A stretch of DNA of 64,000 nt from the IMG/VR virus record IMGVR_UViG_3300028027_000057, positions 1-64,000 of that record, one strand, 5' to 3'. Origin of the DNA: a virus. The notes below the pieces were generated by a model. That model was not told where the DNA came from and did no database searches. It saw only the letters and a program-made list of their open reading frames with translations. This document shows, piece by piece, positions 14,145-23,922 of the stretch. How positions within the stretch are numbered: the first letter of the stretch is position 1; each line of letters opens with the position of its first letter. Made by a program: the position numbers and the translations under genes.

Positions 14145-15183
14145 ATTATCACATTCAGCTCGCGGTAAACACGATCACTGTGCAATGATGTACAAGCTAC
14201 ACTATCAAGACAAGATTCGCCCTTTAGGTTCTACCTCTGCCCTGCTATTCGGGTCAGCCGTAGATAAAGCGTGCGAAGATTATATGCTAAACAGGAATCA
14301 GCTTAGAGCTAGACAAATATTTAAAGACGAATGGAAAAAAGTCCAAGAAGGATTTGAGGAAGAAAATGGAACAATTAGCCCGGTCGACTATCATTCTAAT
14401 GACTTTGATGCTGAGTTGCTCCTTCAACCCGATAACGAACTTATTCTTAAAGATACAGTATATAAGACAGTATCCGATCTTTTCAAAGCCGGAGAAGAAA
14501 AAGAACGAATAAGATATTGTAACTGGGTTAGCATGTACCGCAAAGGAACGATGCTTGTAAACAAGTTCATAGAGTGGGTTGACCACAACGTAGAAGAAGT
14601 ACTCGGTGCTCAAGTTGCGATCGAGCTAGAAGATGAGGACGGAAACCAAGTAACAGGATTTGCCGACTTTGTAATTAAAATCCATGGATACGATAAACCT
14701 ATTCTAGTAGACTTAAAAACCGCAGGCAGATACTACGAACGCGGGTCGGTCAAAGAGTCAGAGCAGCTTGCCTTATACTTCCTATATCTAAAGAATACTA
14801 AGTATCCAGATATGGAGAGGGCTGCCTTTCTAGTATTGAATAAGATGATTAAGAAGAACCGCACTAAGACCTGTAAGAAGTGTGGAACTGTTACAACAGG
14901 ACGAGAGAAGACTTGTGCAGTCGGGACTGGCAAAAGCCGATGTCACGGAGAGTTCGATGAAGTAATAGACCCAGAGGTTAATCTTCAGTATATTCATGAC
15001 GAGATTCCTCAGGACTTTATCGACGCGACAATCGAAAAGTTTAACCTAACACTAGAGGGAATTAAGTCAGGCGAGTTCCAAAAGAACCTAGCTGGATGCG
15101 ATAGATATTACGGAAGAGAATGTCCATATAAGAAATACTGTGAGTCTGGTTGTATGACCGGACTTTATAAAAAGGAAGCATAA
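14134..15183 (+). CDS. PD-(D/E)XK exonuclease, Cas4/RecB-like
   Basis: LSHS..C, GFAD, VDLKT, QLALY and C-terminal Cys cluster. Confidence 0.8.
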   Translation: MTIRLSHSARGKHDHCAMMYKLHYQDKIRPLGSTSALLFGSAVDKACEDYMLNRNQLRARQIFKDEWKKVQEGFEEENGTISPVDYHSNDFDAELLLQPDNELILKDTVYKTVSDLFKAGEEKERIRYCNWVSMYRKGTMLVNKFIEWVDHNVEEVLGAQVAIELEDEDGNQVTGFADFVIKIHGYDKPILVDLKTAGRYYERGSVKESEQLALYFLYLKNTKYPDMERAAFLVLNKMIKKNRTKTCKKCGTVTTGREKTCAVGTGKSRCHGEFDEVIDPEVNLQYIHDEIPQDFIDATIEKFNLTLEGIKSGEFQKNLAGCDRYYGRECPYKKYCESGCMTGLYKKEA

Positions 15184-15509
15184 TGAGTGAGAAATTAATT
15201 AGAGACAAGATTCCAACCTTAGCTTTACTAGAAGGCAGGACTTTAAGTATTAGAAGCGCAAAGCGAGATGAGATAGAATTTCTATTTAAGACTAAAATTA
15301 TAGAAGAAGCCACGGAAGTGTTCAATGCTTCTAATCGTAATGATCTAGTAGAAGAACTTGCAGATTTACAGCAGGTCATTAAAGATATGATAACTCAACT
15401 TAATTTAGGCGAACATACTACAACTACTGTACGACTAGCTAAAGAGCAAGCTAGAGGATCGTTCAGTCAGTCTATAGTGTTAATAACAAAGGAAGAAGTC
15501 AATGGCTAA
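15183..15509 (+). CDS. MazG/HisE-like NTP pyrophosphohydrolase
   Basis: KLIRDKIP, KIIEEA.E and EELADL. Confidence 0.8.
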   Translation: MSEKLIRDKIPTLALLEGRTLSIRSAKRDEIEFLFKTKIIEEATEVFNASNRNDLVEELADLQQVIKDMITQLNLGEHTTTTVRLAKEQARGSFSQSIVLITKEEVNG

Positions 15510-15750
15510 GAAAATGAACGTACAGTCTCAAGATGATTTCGAGGCCGAATTGAAAGGAGAGCCTGAGAATTTCGATGCAGTTGCTATATCCATTATCAAA
15601 TATAGTAACCATCAGTATAAGGTTGTCAGTATTCCTATTGATTCCAAGACTTTGAAAGTTGGAGAACTAGAAGTGCTACACGAGGTCACTAACCGACCAG
15701 AGGCAGTAGAGCAGTTTAAAATTGCCGTTGTAAGAAATCAGATAATTTAG
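15502..15750 (+). CDS. Hypothetical protein
   Basis: ORF with SD. Confidence 0.55.
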   Translation: MAKKMNVQSQDDFEAELKGEPENFDAVAISIIKYSNHQYKVVSIPIDSKTLKVGELEVLHEVTNRPEAVEQFKIAVVRNQII

Positions 15751-15751
15751 C

Positions 15752-15780
15752 TTGACAACCTAGACTATTTTAAGTAATAT
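15752..15780 (+). promoter_or_regulatory. Sigma70-type promoter
   Basis: TTGACA-N17-TAATAT upstream of erf. Confidence 0.7.
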
Positions 15781-15797
15781 ATAAAAAAGGAGATCAC

Positions 15798-16337
15798 ATG
15801 ATCAAATCAGACACGATCCAAAAAGTAGCAGCAGCTCTAGTTAAAGCCCAGAGCGAAATGGGAAATGCAAGCAAAGGCTCAGCCAACCCATTCTTCAAAT
15901 CTAAATATGCCGATCTTAATGCAATTAGAGAAGCTTGTCTTCCTTCGTTGTTCGCAAATGGATTGTCAGTAATGCAACCGACTGTTGTATTAGATGGTAA
16001 GAGTTATATTGAAACTTTGATTATTCATGAATCAGGTGAATACATCGGCGGTCATACAGAGATCGTATACGCTAAACAGAATGATGCTCAAAACTTTGGA
16101 GCAGGTACAACTTACGCTAGACGTTTTGGATTACAAGCATTACTTTGTATTGGCGCTGAGGATTCTGATGGTGAAGAAGCAGTTGGTAGGAACACAAAAC
16201 CAAACGTGACTAAACCAACTGTGACAACAGTTACAGTATCTGCTGCAACAGAAACAGCTCCTACCACTAAAAAAGGGTTCGGAGTTAAGACAGAGACAAC
16301 TAAAGTAGCAACCCCAACAACAGACGAATGGTCGTAG
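15798..16337 (+). CDS. erf: ERF-family ssDNA annealing protein
   Basis: NPFFKSKYADL and GA..TYARRF.L.A...I...D.DG. Confidence 0.9.
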   Translation: MIKSDTIQKVAAALVKAQSEMGNASKGSANPFFKSKYADLNAIREACLPSLFANGLSVMQPTVVLDGKSYIETLIIHESGEYIGGHTEIVYAKQNDAQNFGAGTTYARRFGLQALLCIGAEDSDGEEAVGRNTKPNVTKPTVTTVTVSAATETAPTTKKGFGVKTETTKVATPTTDEWS

Positions 16338-16355
16338 TAACGACTAGGAGCTAAT

Positions 16356-16790
16356 ATGAATGAAGAAACAGAAGTATCGAATGAAGAAGCTAAGGTCGAA
16401 ATTGACACTAGACAAATCGAATTAGATATGGTAGCTGCGGCTGAAGCTAGAGCACAAGACCCTAGTGAAATGGCAGCAATGATGTTTCAAATGTATGTGC
16501 CGCATTTTAAAGCTGGACTAGCTAAGCTATCAACCAGAGGATTACGCCGTGTTCTACAAAACGCAGTATTGTATCCATTAGAACAGGACGAGATTAAAAC
16601 ATCTAGTGAGTTTGAGAAACAGATGGTTCAACTAGTATCATCATTACTAGAAGCCAAGTTTATCATGATTATGGATACATACAAGAATAATGCAGAACAA
16701 CTATATGAAGCATCACAAACTGAGCTAACAGTAGATGAGACTGCAGGTATTCAAGAGTTAATCAACAACGAGGAGAAAGCAAATGGCTAA
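16356..16790 (+). CDS. Hypothetical protein
   Basis: AGGAG SD. Confidence 0.6.
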   Translation: MNEETEVSNEEAKVEIDTRQIELDMVAAAEARAQDPSEMAAMMFQMYVPHFKAGLAKLSTRGLRRVLQNAVLYPLEQDEIKTSSEFEKQMVQLVSSLLEAKFIMIMDTYKNNAEQLYEASQTELTVDETAGIQELINNEEKANG

Positions 16791-17064
16791 ATGGAATCGT
16801 CAGCAAATTGGTAAGATCGTAAAGAAGTCAGAAGACAAACTCCGTTACCCCGGCGTTAAAGAATTCTCACTTAAGATCGAGCAAGATATTACACTCAAGG
16901 CAGGAACTTATCTTAATCTAGAAAACAAGGCATATAAGCTTGCCAGTCTAGAAGCATCTAAAGATAAAATGTCTGGAGAGAATTACGAGAAAGCTATCGA
17001 GCGTATTCAAAAGATGCCTGACTTTGTTTTCTTTGAAGTAATTAAATTAGATAAAGAATCATAG
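16783..17064 (+). CDS. Hypothetical protein
   Basis: GAGGAG SD. Confidence 0.6.
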   Translation: MAKWNRQQIGKIVKKSEDKLRYPGVKEFSLKIEQDITLKAGTYLNLENKAYKLASLEASKDKMSGENYEKAIERIQKMPDFVFFEVIKLDKES

Positions 17065-17128
17065 TCCTCCTCCTTCTATGATTACATGGTGTGAATAACA
17101 CCTGACAGCCGGGAAAGACCGGCATTTT
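17057..17128 (+). ncRNA. Candidate three-hairpin structured RNA/terminator
   Basis: AATCATAG-[TCCTCCTCCTT]-CTATGATT; GGTGT-[GAATA]-ACACC; TGACA-GCCGG-[GAAAGA]-CCGGC-ATTTT. Confidence 0.55.
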
Positions 17129-17141
17129 CAATAGGACATTC

Positions 17142-17345
17142 ATGACAAGACAAGAAGCTAATCGCAAGATTCTAGAACTATTAACCAAAGAAGTAGAAGC
17201 ACATCCTGACCTACGATTCAATCAGATTATTGTAAACAAGAATCTAACAAAAACAGAATCAGGATCATACTATCAACAAACACACAATACTGTTGACTAC
17301 TACGAAGAACCTGTGGTAACATTGCAACGGGCGACGAAGGAGTAA
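17142..17345 (+). CDS. Hypothetical protein (PDLRF.Q motif)
   Basis: ORF with AGGA SD. Confidence 0.55.
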   Translation: MTRQEANRKILELLTKEVEAHPDLRFNQIIVNKNLTKTESGSYYQQTHNTVDYYEEPVVTLQRATKE

Positions 17346-17348
17346 GAC

Positions 17349-19292
17349 ATGAATAAGGGGGAAACATTGTTTGTAAATCTAAGATCGGGTTTGAATTCAA
17401 AACCACAGCTAATCAGTATAAAAGAAGACATTAATAAATATATCACATCTAGAGATAAAGACTGGTATGTATCGCTCTATAAATACAACGAGACACATAA
17501 AGCAATCCTCGATGCTAAAGGCACTCTAGCTGGCGTTAAAGACACTCAGACTAACACCCTATACTTTGACTTCGACTCCAAGGATAGCCTCGATAAAGCC
17601 CAAACAGACGCTATTGAAGTGGCAAATCGTCTAGTGACCCGTGGCTTTGAAGAGGACGAGATTGGATGTTACTTTACCGGAGGCAAAGGCTTCAGTGTAG
17701 AAGTAGAGATGAACGAGTATGTCAACCCAGACAAGTTTAAAGCTATTGTATTTGACGTAGCCGGTGATCTTCCTACGTTCGATCAAGTAGTGAATGACCC
17801 GAATCGTATTGTCCGTGTAGAGAATACTAAACATCAGAACTCAGGACTATACAAGATTCCCTTGACCCCAGATGAACTAGTAAATTTAAGTATTGCAGAG
17901 ATTAAACTATTAGCCAAGAATCCTAGAGCTAATCGCCTATTAAAAGTCGCCAAGGTTCCACAGAATATCAAGGATGTAGAACCTATGAAAGAGAAGACTG
18001 TAGAGCAGATTGGACGTGAGCTAACATTCGATATCTCTAGTATTGATATGAAGTCTAGACCTAAGGGAATTGATGAAGCCCGCTTTCTTTTACTTCACGG
18101 ATTCTTTCGTGGTGGAGAACGCAACCATTCTATGCTTTGTCTAGCCTCTACGTTACATAACTTGAATTATCCACTAGAAGTAACTCGTGGTATGCTTAAT
18201 GGCTCAGCCGAGCTACAAGCAAGTCGCACTGGTGACGATATGTTTCCAGAAAGAGAAGTAGACCTTATCATTAATCAAGTATATGGTCCAAATTGGAAGG
18301 GCGGACAGTTCACAACGCGCGACCCTAACAATTGGCTTGCACAATACTGTAAGAAGATGGGACTTAACGTCAAGGAAGAAGAAGGTCCGGCAACTTTAGA
18401 CGGAATTAGTGCAGGTTTCACACATTATCTCATGAATATCGAGAAGAATACTGTAAAAACTGGTATTGACGAGCTAGACAAGGCTATGCCTATCACAGTC
18501 GGTTCAAATATTGGGGTTGTAGCAGCAGCCGGCGCTGGTAAAACAGCTCTAGCATTGAAAATCCTACGTTACAACAGCGAAAAAGGTATCCCGACAGTAT
18601 TTGCTTCCCTAGATATGCACAGAAACCGTCTATTCGAGAAGGTTATCTATAATATTACTGGACTTAGCAGAGAAGACGTATACGCTAAGTTCAAAGAAGG
18701 CAAGGGCAAAGAACTTACTGACCTAGTTAAGAAGCATTACGGTAACGTATGGTTCTACGATCGCAGCGCGGCAACTGTAGAGGACGTTCGTAATTATGTT
18801 CTACAAGTTGAGCAGACTTCTGGACAAAAAGTCAAGATGGTTATGTTCGATTACTTCGAGCGTATTAGTAGTGCGGTTTCGGACGACACAGCTTCTAGTA
18901 AAATCGTTGCGGGTCAGATTCAGGACTTAGTAAATGACCTAGACGTTGCCGCAATCACTCTAGTTCAGCCAAACAAGTTCAGTCTCGGTGGAGGCCCCGA
19001 CACCGAAATCAAATCATACACTGCGATCAAAGGATCAAGCTTCTTGTATCAATCATTCCGAGGAATTATTAGTCTCAGTCGCCCGTTTTACACGCCGGAG
19101 ACAAAAGAGATTGATAAGTATATGGTAATTAATATCCTTAAGAACGATTTAGGTGCTCAAGATAGATTCGAGATGGGTTGGGTTGGTAAAACTGGTGAAA
19201 TCTACACGTTAGAAGATCACGAGCGGACTGAACTTAAAGAGCTTATGAAGCTTAAGAACGCAACAAAAGAATCCAAGGATGGATGGGAATAA
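17349..19292 (+). CDS. AEP primase-PriCT-SF4 (DnaB-like) helicase fusion
   Basis: LYFDFD, YFTGGKGF, RVENTKH and GGERN; Walker A AAAGAGKT; FDYFE. Confidence 0.85.
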   Translation: MNKGETLFVNLRSGLNSKPQLISIKEDINKYITSRDKDWYVSLYKYNETHKAILDAKGTLAGVKDTQTNTLYFDFDSKDSLDKAQTDAIEVANRLVTRGFEEDEIGCYFTGGKGFSVEVEMNEYVNPDKFKAIVFDVAGDLPTFDQVVNDPNRIVRVENTKHQNSGLYKIPLTPDELVNLSIAEIKLLAKNPRANRLLKVAKVPQNIKDVEPMKEKTVEQIGRELTFDISSIDMKSRPKGIDEARFLLLHGFFRGGERNHSMLCLASTLHNLNYPLEVTRGMLNGSAELQASRTGDDMFPEREVDLIINQVYGPNWKGGQFTTRDPNNWLAQYCKKMGLNVKEEEGPATLDGISAGFTHYLMNIEKNTVKTGIDELDKAMPITVGSNIGVVAAAGAGKTALALKILRYNSEKGIPTVFASLDMHRNRLFEKVIYNITGLSREDVYAKFKEGKGKELTDLVKKHYGNVWFYDRSAATVEDVRNYVLQVEQTSGQKVKMVMFDYFERISSAVSDDTASSKIVAGQIQDLVNDLDVAAITLVQPNKFSLGGGPDTEIKSYTAIKGSSFLYQSFRGIISLSRPFYTPETKEIDKYMVINILKNDLGAQDRFEMGWVGKTGEIYTLEDHERTELKELMKLKNATKESKDGWE

Positions 19293-19300
19293 ATCATATT

Positions 19301-19406
19301 ACCCGGTGCTTTTCACCTAAGGCAGTATAGTTAACGCGACCGTGTAGCGAAGAGTGTGTACAGCTCAAGCCGGTGACCTGTGGGGGAGAGACCCCACTCC
19401 TTTTTT
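19301..19406 (+). ncRNA. Candidate structured intergenic RNA ending in a terminator
   Basis: GC-rich intergenic stretch with hairpins GGTG/CACC, GAG-TGT/ACA-G-CTC and TGAC-CT-GTGGGG-[GAGAGA]-CCCCAC, then T6. Confidence 0.45.
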
Positions 19407-19407
19407 C

Positions 19408-19436
19408 TTGACAACCCCGCCATATTTCTGTATACT
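19408..19436 (+). promoter_or_regulatory. Sigma70-type promoter
   Basis: TTGACA-N17-TATACT. Confidence 0.75.
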
Positions 19437-19453
19437 ACATTCAGGAGAATTAT

Positions 19454-19612
19454 ATGAATAAACTAATTGAATATCAAGGCGACATGTACACCCCAGAAGA
19501 ACTAGCAAAGAAGCTTGGAGTTTCAGACTTCGAGATCATCGCAAATGAAATGAAAGATTCTTGGTTCGGTCATGCCATGGCTAAACTAGAAGAGCTTGAC
19601 GAGGAAGAGTAA
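19454..19612 (+). CDS. Small HTH-like protein (52 aa)
   Basis: YTPEELAKKLGVS; AGGAG SD. Confidence 0.5.
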   Translation: MNKLIEYQGDMYTPEELAKKLGVSDFEIIANEMKDSWFGHAMAKLEELDEEE

Positions 19613-19729
19613 TGAGTAACTACATATACCTATTAGAATTTCGTAGGTATATAGCAGAGTGTGTCTACTTTGAAAGACCGATTGAATTCGACATAGCAAA
19701 GCATCTATTGTATAGATATAGAGGAATAA

Positions 19730-22024
19730 ATGTATAGCTCAAAACTCATATATGGCAAGAATCCTTTAGAACGTATTGTATCAATCGAAGTGTCAGACGA
19801 CACCGCTACTCTGTTCAGAGAGCTAGAGGATGGCTCACTTGACATTAAAAAAGTATCCAATAGATTCTGGATTCTAGCAACTCGTCCTTTTGGATCGGGC
19901 TGGAATAAACTAGAAGGCGAACAAGCTTATAAATTCGGTAAGCAGTATACTAAATTCACAGACTTCCTAAACGACAAGAAAGCACTACCATACAAAGAAA
20001 TCTATAGTATTGGAAATACAGTCGAAGCTCTACAAATCAAAGATGGCTACACATACTACAAAGGTCTACGTCATGACCAAGTATCTATCCTATCTTTCGA
20101 TATCGAGACAACAGGACTAGAACACAACGCTGAGTCTAAAGTCATTCTAATATCTAATACATTCCGCAAGCTTGGAAAAGTAACTCGCCGGCTATTTTCT
20201 TGTGACGATTATACCAACTGTGCTGAGATGATTGACGATTGGGCTGACTGGGTTAGAGACATGGACCCTAGTATTATGTGTGGACATAACGTCTACGCTT
20301 ACGATTTGCCCTATCTTAATTTTTGTCACACTCGTTATTCAGAAAAAGGAATAAAGCTAGGTAGACTAGACAAGGAAGTATTCTTCAACAAATGGGAATC
20401 TAAATATAGAGTAGACGGAAGTCGCGAGCTTCATTATCATAAAGCACAAGTATACGGAAGAGAACTAGTAGATACTATGTTTCTAGCCTATAAGTATGAC
20501 TCCGTAGAGAAGAAATATGAATCATACGGATTGAAGCCTATTATCGCAATCGAGAACTTAGAAAAGCCCGGGCGAGTATTTTACGATGCTTCACAAATCA
20601 GAGTCAATTATAAAGACCCAGAAGAGTTTGCTAAGATCAAGGCTTATGCTGAGGACGATGCAGACGATGCCCTAGCTCTATACGATCTAATGGTGCCAGC
20701 TCAATTCTACTTAACTCAGTCTATTCCTAAGCCATTCCAGCTTGTTATTGAATCAGCGACAGGTTCACAGATCAATTCGCTTCTAGTAAGAGCATATCTA
20801 CAGGACAAACAATCCGTAGCTAAAGCTAATGACTTGTCGGAAGAAACTGTAGAAGGCGGGATCAGTTTTGCAGTGCCGGGGATTTACAAGAACGTATACA
20901 AGATCGATATCAAATCATGCTATCCATCTCAGATTCTACGATTTAAGCTATACGACGAAGCCAAGGACCCACAGGCATATTACTATAAGTTAGTGGAACA
21001 TTTTACATTACAACGGTTTGAGTACAAAGAAAAACATAGGACAACCAATGACATTTTCTACAAGAACCTTGATGCTATGGCTAAAATCTTCATCAACTCA
21101 AGCTACGGCGTTGCAAACACTAGCGGTCTTAATTATAATTCTGCGAATGTTGCCAGAAAGATTACCTCAGAATCTCGTTCCATTATTGATATGTCTTTGC
21201 GCTGGGCTTCTGGGCTTAATTACAATGATTGGGCTACGCGCTTTTATGAGGCGACTGGTGAAAAGGAAGAAGACCGCGTCTATCTCTCGCTCCCAGAAAC
21301 AGAACTACCAACAATATATCAACACGACTTCATCATCGGACCGAGCGATACAGATTCTATCTCATTCTGCAAAAGAGACATGTCGCCCTTCTCACCACAA
21401 GAGCTAAAAACCCTGCTAGACGAGGTTAATGAGCAGTCCCCTGACAAAGTACTATGGGAAGACGACGGCTACTATAAAACGATTATAGCGCTCAAAGCTA
21501 AGAACTATGTTCTATACGATGGTAAGAAACTTAAGATCAAGGGTAGTGCGCTCAAAGGCTCAACTCGTCCTGAAGCGATTAAAGAATTCATCAAGAAGAC
21601 GATCGACACTATGGTGTATACTGAAAACGTAGAAGATATTCACCCATCCCTACAATCTGTGTATTCTCAGTATGTTCAGGAAGCAATGAACGTAGAAAAC
21701 ATTAAGCGCTGGTCGGCAAGGAAAACTCTGTCTAGTACGATGTTAGAATCACAGCGGGCGAATGAGACGAAAGTAATCGACGCTATTAAAGGATCGGACT
21801 ATAGAGAAGGTGATCGTTTCTTCGTCTATAAGAAGCCAGATGAAACTCTATGTCTAGCTGAGAACTTTGACGGAGTGTACGACAAGTCGCATTTGCTGAA
21901 GAATATCTGGAATACAATTGAGATATTTGACATGGTATTGCCAGTTAAAACTCTATTCACTAACTTCAGTCTCAAAAAGAATTATAAATTGCTTGACAAA
22001 CCAAATGAACCTAAAGTAGGATAG
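19730..22024 (+). CDS. Family B DNA polymerase with 3'-5' exonuclease
   Basis: FDIET, GHN...YD, YAEDD; DIKSCYPS, K..INS.YG, DTDS and KNY. Confidence 0.95.
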   Translation: MYSSKLIYGKNPLERIVSIEVSDDTATLFRELEDGSLDIKKVSNRFWILATRPFGSGWNKLEGEQAYKFGKQYTKFTDFLNDKKALPYKEIYSIGNTVEALQIKDGYTYYKGLRHDQVSILSFDIETTGLEHNAESKVILISNTFRKLGKVTRRLFSCDDYTNCAEMIDDWADWVRDMDPSIMCGHNVYAYDLPYLNFCHTRYSEKGIKLGRLDKEVFFNKWESKYRVDGSRELHYHKAQVYGRELVDTMFLAYKYDSVEKKYESYGLKPIIAIENLEKPGRVFYDASQIRVNYKDPEEFAKIKAYAEDDADDALALYDLMVPAQFYLTQSIPKPFQLVIESATGSQINSLLVRAYLQDKQSVAKANDLSEETVEGGISFAVPGIYKNVYKIDIKSCYPSQILRFKLYDEAKDPQAYYYKLVEHFTLQRFEYKEKHRTTNDIFYKNLDAMAKIFINSSYGVANTSGLNYNSANVARKITSESRSIIDMSLRWASGLNYNDWATRFYEATGEKEEDRVYLSLPETELPTIYQHDFIIGPSDTDSISFCKRDMSPFSPQELKTLLDEVNEQSPDKVLWEDDGYYKTIIALKAKNYVLYDGKKLKIKGSALKGSTRPEAIKEFIKKTIDTMVYTENVEDIHPSLQSVYSQYVQEAMNVENIKRWSARKTLSSTMLESQRANETKVIDAIKGSDYREGDRFFVYKKPDETLCLAENFDGVYDKSHLLKNIWNTIEIFDMVLPVKTLFTNFSLKKNYKLLDKPNEPKVG

Positions 22025-22287
22025 CTAAATGAAAAAGAAACTAGAATATACATTAGTAGGCTATGCATTAACATCTATTAACCTAGTATTAATAGGAACC
22101 AAATATAATTCAATCGGACTATTATTTGGACTAGCTGCGATTGTCTTCTTTGTCAAAGCAATCAGGATAAAAGAATGAGTGAATATGAGAAATGGCGAAT
22201 AGTATTATCTATCTTTCAAATTATAGTGACTCTCGGCTCTCCTTTTGTTTTGATATATGTGAATAATAAACTGAATAAGGAATAACA

Positions 22288-23268
22288 ATGGGTCACCTAG
22301 TTTTAAAAGCAAAAACTCATCTAGACAATTTAGAAGTTGGTGGCAAGATTGAAGAATCAGATTTCTCAACCCTTACTGAGAAAGGTAATTTTTGTCAGTT
22401 TGAATATGTAGAGGACGAAGATGTTGCCCATGGTGAGATTGCTAAGCCGGGAATCTTTAGCCTAGCTAAAACTATGGCTGGACTTAAACTAGAAAAGACT
22501 GAGTTCACAAAAGACGACGTACTTAAAGACTTCGTAAATACTAAAGAAGTAACAGACAAGATCGAGAAGTTCTTTGCTGCAATTCCTAAGTATGAGAAAT
22601 ACGGAATCTTTGCAAAACGCGGGGCGCTCCTGTTTGGACCTCCCGGCACTGGAAAGACTACAATCATTGCGGAGACTTGCCGTAAACATCAGACAGATGG
22701 GGACACATTCGTGTTACTATGGCATACTGACAAGATTGAAGCTGGTGACGTTAAAGACTTCATTAAGCATCTTCAGTATGAGGGTGTCACAAAGATGATT
22801 TTAGTGGCAGAGGATATCGGAGGAATTGAGATCGATCAAGCCCGAATTCGCTCCGAGTCAGCACTATTGAGTCTACTCGATAACCAAGAATCAACCTTTA
22901 AGTTCCCCACCTATATTCTAGCTACAACAAACTACCCTGAGAACTTCATGGGTAACTTGACTAATAGACCTAATCGATTTGACGATAAGATCAGAGTAGG
23001 CTATCCTAAAGGCACAGCTAGAGCACAGCTACTTAAATTCTACGATAAAGAGAATTTACTTGACGAAGAGGCACTAACTCTGATAGCATCTAAAAAGTGC
23101 GATGAGTTTAGTCCTGCTCATTTAAGAGAAGTGATTATTCGCAGTGCGATCTATGATCAAAACCCGGCTGAAACTATTAAGGCTATGATCAAAGAAATCG
23201 CAGATTATGCACAAGCCTTCCAAGAGAAGGGAAATCAAAGATACGGACTTGTAACCTTCGAGGATTAA
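22288..23268 (+). CDS. AAA+ ATPase
   Basis: GPPGTGKT, LVAEDI, ATTN and RPNRFD. Confidence 0.9.
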   Translation: MGHLVLKAKTHLDNLEVGGKIEESDFSTLTEKGNFCQFEYVEDEDVAHGEIAKPGIFSLAKTMAGLKLEKTEFTKDDVLKDFVNTKEVTDKIEKFFAAIPKYEKYGIFAKRGALLFGPPGTGKTTIIAETCRKHQTDGDTFVLLWHTDKIEAGDVKDFIKHLQYEGVTKMILVAEDIGGIEIDQARIRSESALLSLLDNQESTFKFPTYILATTNYPENFMGNLTNRPNRFDDKIRVGYPKGTARAQLLKFYDKENLLDEEALTLIASKKCDEFSPAHLREVIIRSAIYDQNPAETIKAMIKEIADYAQAFQEKGNQRYGLVTFED

Positions 23269-23546
23269 TGTTTAACTGTCGTGTTTGCAACAATTCCAAG
23301 TTAGAGCTTTCTGAAATGAAAAAAGAACGTAGATTGGTAGAAAGCAAAAGAGGAATCTGTAAGGCCTGCGCGACTGAATACGAGAAGCTAAGACTGGCTA
23401 GATCAAAAGCTGATTATCAACCAGAAAAGCACCTAACTTGTAATGATTGTGATAGAGTTTTTAGTAATCGAAATACTGGACCTAATCGAATTTTATTAAG
23501 GGTTCATTGTCCATTTTGTAAAAGCGAAGAAATAGAGAGGTATTAA
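23268..23546 (+). CDS. Double Zn-finger protein
   Basis: Four CxxC pairs. Confidence 0.6.
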   Translation: MFNCRVCNNSKLELSEMKKERRLVESKRGICKACATEYEKLRLARSKADYQPEKHLTCNDCDRVFSNRNTGPNRILLRVHCPFCKSEEIERY

Positions 23547-23667
23547 TGGCTACTATATTAACAATTATCTGCATAAAAGCAGAAAAACAATTCCTGATAC
23601 CGCCCGCAGTTTTTGTAGGATTTGCCCTAGATTTTATTATTATATATCAATTACTAAAGAAGTAAAT

Positions 23668-23922
23668 ATGAGTAAAGTCCTAGATTTTAAGATTCACAAG
23701 AAGATTAAATATCTAGAAAAAGATATCAAGAATAAACGCGAGATAGCCTTAGCTTTAAAAACATCAATTAAAAGCTTGACAACATACGATAACTATAGTA
23801 GTATCAATCGTATTGTATATGACTTACATGTATTGTATTCAGATATTAAACGAGAGCAACATAAGAATCTCGAAACATTAGAAAGGTTAAAGCATGAAAA
23901 AGAATCCATGGTTGAAGACTGA
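23668..23922 (+). CDS. Hypothetical protein
   Basis: ORF track. Confidence 0.5.
   Translation: MSKVLDFKIHKKIKYLEKDIKNKREIALALKTSIKSLTTYDNYSSINRIVYDLHVLYSDIKREQHKNLETLERLKHEKESMVED
23776..23804 (+). promoter_or_regulatory. Sigma70-type promoter inside a CDS
   Basis: TTGACA-N17-TAGTAT. Confidence 0.45.

Noticed and set aside
17044-17075. Minus-strand gene from the strong AAGGAGGAGG SD and ATG at 17062
   Set aside because: It encodes only MILYLI*; the sequence is better explained as a + strand hairpin loop.
19321-19380. tRNA gene (GGCAGTATAGTTAA start)
   Set aside because: No TTC-containing T-loop, no 7-bp acceptor stem and no CCA end. No tRNA was recognised anywhere in the window.
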